This document shows positions 62,401-64,000 of a DNA stretch of 64,000 bases, piece by piece. The notes under the pieces were generated by a model. That model did not search any database, was not told the origin of the DNA, and worked only from the letters and a program-made list of their open reading frames with translations. Position 1 is the stretch's first letter; the number at the start of each line of letters is the position of its first letter. The stretch covers positions 207,826,001 through 207,890,000 of the forward strand of contig NC_058368.1 in the NCBI RefSeq assembly GCF_018350175.1, written 5' to 3'. The stretch comes from Felis catus (taxonomy: Eukaryota). A program made the translations under genes and the position numbers.

Positions 62401-63864
62401 TTAGGCTTTCCATTTGTTCCTGAGTAGTTTGGAGGTTATAGTTTTGAGAAATCTAGTCTATCTTATCAAAGTTGTTACTAATGTTGTTCTCTCTCTCTCT
62501 CTCTTACTATCTTTTTATTTTAATCTCTGTTTTTCTTGTGTGTGTTCTCTTGCAACAGTTGGATGTGATGTGAAGAGGGCGGTCCCTGGAGCCACGCTGT
62601 CAGGTTGGAATTCTGGCTCTATCGCTAACTGGCTTGATGACCTTGCGTGGGTTCTTTAAACTAAATGTGCCTCAGGTTCCTCATCTGTGAAGTGGGAATA
62701 AGACTAATACACATTTCAAAGGACTGAGTTGAGGGCTAGATGAATATGTAGACTACTTAGAATATGACTAAAATGCAGATTTAATTCTATTACCAGTATT
62801 AAACTAATCACTAGGCTACTCACGGGTTAATGTGTTATCAGTTTGACTTAATAAATTTGCATAAACACTTAACATTCCTGTTCTATTGGCAGGAATTTCA
62901 GATACTCTGGCAGGGTATATAGGTTGAGAGAGAGCCAAATGCCTTTGCTTTAGAACCTGCCTATAGTTCAAATGAAGCATAAGAAACTGGAGGAATCTAC
63001 TCTAAATCTTAATTATAAAAAAATTAATTTATCAAAATTAAGAGATATTGAAGACATATTTATCCATAATCTCATTACTCAAATGAAGACCCAATTTTAC
63101 TTTTCCATATTTCACCCCCTCTCTACATCAGGCATCTTCGGACTATAGCCCTGGGCCAACTCCAGCCTGCCATCTGTTTTTGTAAATAAAGTTTTATTAG
63201 AACACAACCATTCTCATTTGTCTACATATTGCTTAGGACTGCTTTCATGTTAAAATAGCACAGCTGAATAGTCCTAAGACCACCAAGGTCTGTAAAGCCT
63301 AAAATATTTCCTATTTTGCCCTTTACAGAAAAGCTTCCCAACCTCTGTTCTAGATGCATACACGTTTTGTCCTATTCTAATAACAACATGTGCAATTTAT
63401 GTCCTGCCGTGTTTTCTTAGCATTGCCTGTGTCACATGTTTGGAAAATGAATATGAAGGTGTCTGAACTTGCCTAATTACCTCAATGAGCAAATTCTGAG
63501 GCAAAACCATAGATGTCTATCTCCTGGTGGCAAGTTTCACACCCACAGTTTTTAGTTCCAAGGGAAGACAAAGAAAAACAATGTCCTTTTTCTACCCAGT
63601 CTCCTCAAAAGAGACTTCCACTATTTGACTATTGATCCCCAAATAATATTAAATATGAAACACTTTAATTCTTTTATCACCTCACTCCTTACCATCTACC
63701 TCCTCCCACGAAGTCCAATTGCTCCAGAACCTCAGCTCGGGGACCTGGGCGTCATCCACCGCACCCCTCATTCTTACAGAGTGTTTTGCACATTCCAAAG
63801 GAAGCTTGGATTCCCAGCTCCAACGCAGAACTTGGTTCCGCTTCACAGTGGTGCTATAGTTCTC
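37909..63864 (-). CDS. OSMR: OSMR (oncostatin-M receptor beta), 5'-partial; join of 15 coding exons (about human exons 4-18)
   Basis: Exons splice in frame (2637 nt = 878 aa + TAA). Two WSXW(S/T) motifs, Ig-like domain, FNIII repeats, TM helix, box1 PDIPDP, and YxxQ STAT3 motifs YVSQ and YKTQ. Confidence 0.97.
38467..38500. repeat. (GT)17
   Basis: Seen directly. Confidence 0.95.
38779..38851 (-). CDS. OSMR: OSMR box1 exon ([25 protein letters not shown])
   Basis: tgtag| acceptor, |gtaaat donor, 73 nt. Confidence 0.95.
39360..39441 (-). CDS. OSMR: OSMR transmembrane exon ([28 protein letters not shown])
   Basis: ctccag| acceptor, |gtaagt donor, 82 nt, hydrophobic helix. Confidence 0.95.
39710..40110. 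mobile_element. old MLT1-type LTR
   Basis: gacttggggctcagccacgtgact...tttggccaatgg...gccacggagattttg motifs. Confidence 0.55.
41316..41345. repeat. (CA)n
   Basis: Seen directly. Confidence 0.95.
42447..42614 (-). CDS. OSMR: OSMR FNIII exon ([16 protein letters not shown]...KVTTPDEY)
   Basis: ttacag| acceptor, |gtgagt donor, 168 nt. Confidence 0.95.
43195..43368 (-). CDS. OSMR: OSMR FNIII exon ([22 protein letters not shown]...EKAVLS)
   Basis: tcctag| acceptor, |gtgacg donor, 174 nt. Confidence 0.95.
44692..44796 (-). CDS. OSMR: OSMR exon ([35 protein letters not shown])
   Basis: ccgtag| acceptor, |gtaagt donor, 105 nt. Confidence 0.95.
45091..45309 (-). mobile_element. CAN-SINE
   Basis: TSD agaaaaccatttt. 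Confidence 0.9.
45581..45597 (+). promoter_or_regulatory. candidate CTCF binding site in an OSMR intron
   Basis: CCAGCAGATGGCGCT matches CCASYAGRKGGCRS exactly. Confidence 0.6.
46089..46268 (-). CDS. OSMR: OSMR FNIII exon ([19 protein letters not shown]...NTTSTVVSS)
   Basis: gtgcag| acceptor, |gtaagg donor, 180 nt. Confidence 0.94.
46540..46760. mobile_element. MER58B-like hAT relic
   Basis: ggccaaatccagcc...gagctaagaa...gcctgaaatatt...ccctttac. Confidence 0.6.
46781..47270 (-). mobile_element. two tandem CAN-SINEs (46781-47033; young copy 47061-47270)
   Basis: Two antisense SINE bodies, each with flanking direct repeats. Confidence 0.9.
48255..48447 (+). mobile_element. CAN-SINE
   Basis: TSD aagaatgtgggccact. 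Confidence 0.9.
49664..49886 (-). CDS. OSMR: OSMR FNIII exon ([17 protein letters not shown]...AVSGDPGN)
   Basis: tctcag| acceptor, |gtgagt donor, 223 nt. Confidence 0.95.
49926..50109 (+). mobile_element. CAN-SINE
   Basis: TSD ttcaaaatgggtttt. Confidence 0.9.
50182..50227. repeat. (CA)n
   Basis: Seen directly. Confidence 0.95.
51332..51408 (-). CDS. OSMR: OSMR exon ([26 protein letters not shown])
   Basis: tttcag| acceptor, |gtaaga donor, 77 nt. Confidence 0.95.
52264..52496 (-). mobile_element. young SINEC_Fc-type SINE
   Basis: TSD tctcctcaattt. Confidence 0.92.
53285..53545 (+). mobile_element. CAN-SINE with (CT)n
   Basis: Head, CT tract, A-tail; flanking ggtcctca. Confidence 0.88.
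54581..54812 (+). mobile_element. CAN-SINE
   Basis: TSD aaaagatg[g/a]tattcag. Confidence 0.88.
54948..55098 (-). CDS. OSMR: OSMR exon with WSXWS-type motif ([10 protein letters not shown]...[17 protein letters not shown])
   Basis: aagaag| acceptor, |gtatgt donor, 151 nt; acceptor is ambiguous (see findings). Confidence 0.9.
55466..55608 (-). CDS. OSMR: OSMR exon ([23 protein letters not shown]...GEGKVIQ)
   Basis: tggcag| acceptor, |gtaaga donor, 143 nt. Confidence 0.95.
56920..57900 (+). mobile_element. degenerate L2 LINE
   Basis: atatccaactgtctcctcaacatctcc...ttgttcactgc...cccagtgcctg motifs; boundaries approximate. Confidence 0.6.
58799..59014 (+). mobile_element. young SINEC_Fc-type SINE
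   Basis: TSD ttaaaacgtccacg. Confidence 0.93.
59133..59284 (-). CDS. OSMR: OSMR exon ([50 protein letters not shown])
   Basis: tttaag| acceptor, |gtgaga donor, 152 nt. Confidence 0.93.
59825..59954 (-). CDS. OSMR: OSMR exon ([26 protein letters not shown]...YTLFES)
   Basis: ggccag| acceptor, |gtaagt donor, 130 nt; conserved C..CxW cytokine-receptor motif. Confidence 0.93.
61285..61560 (-). CDS. OSMR: OSMR Ig-like domain exon ([29 protein letters not shown]...GIVLFVS)
   Basis: ttgtag| acceptor, |gtaagt donor, 276 nt. Confidence 0.95.
63128..63348. mobile_element. MER58A hAT MITE
   Basis: tgtttttgtaaataaagttttattagaacac...gcctaaaatatt...ccctttacagaaaa. Confidence 0.8.
63693..63864 (-). CDS. 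OSMR: OSMR N-terminal hemi-CBM exon ([19 protein letters not shown]...[12 protein letters not shown])
   Basis: ttctag| acceptor, |gtaagg donor, 172 nt; missing from the ORF track, translated by hand. Confidence 0.93.
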
Positions 63865-64000
63865 CTAGAAATAAAGAGAAAAACTTGGAAACATGGAGCG
63901 ATGCTGCCCTGGAAAATGGCTTGACCAGTTACCCCAAAGCGCACGCCTGAGAGCCCACCGAAGCTCCCAACACGCGCAAGCGTAGTTCATTCCCAGTCAG

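Overview
Mammalian genomic DNA, almost certainly from a felid: it carries many tRNA-derived CAN-SINEs, including near-identical young SINEC_Fc-type copies, and a carnivore L1. Two protein-coding genes converge tail-to-tail. On the + strand is the 3' two-thirds of RICTOR (mTORC2 subunit): 19 constitutive coding exons from 311 to 29417 that splice into one uninterrupted frame (3412 nt), a 72-nt cassette exon, and a ~4.5-kb 3'UTR ending near 33915. On the - strand is OSMR (oncostatin-M receptor beta, also the IL-31 co-receptor): 15 coding exons from 63864 down to 37909, 2637 nt in frame; its 5' exons lie beyond the window. Exon numbers are by analogy with human and are from memory. The rest is intron and intergenic sequence with SINEs, L1, L2, MIR, MaLR LTRs, DNA-transposon relics and microsatellites. 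I see no prokaryotic system, CRISPR array or structural RNA gene, and no convincing new gene. The best leads are regulatory or isoform-level: a soluble-OSMR intronic read-through, a strong unannotated in-frame acceptor adding a hydrophobic 19-mer to OSMR, a divergent CTCF pair near the gene ends, an AT-to-GC substitution burst in the RICTOR last exon that removes a reported phosphodegron Thr, a near-perfect intronic hairpin and a candidate poison exon.
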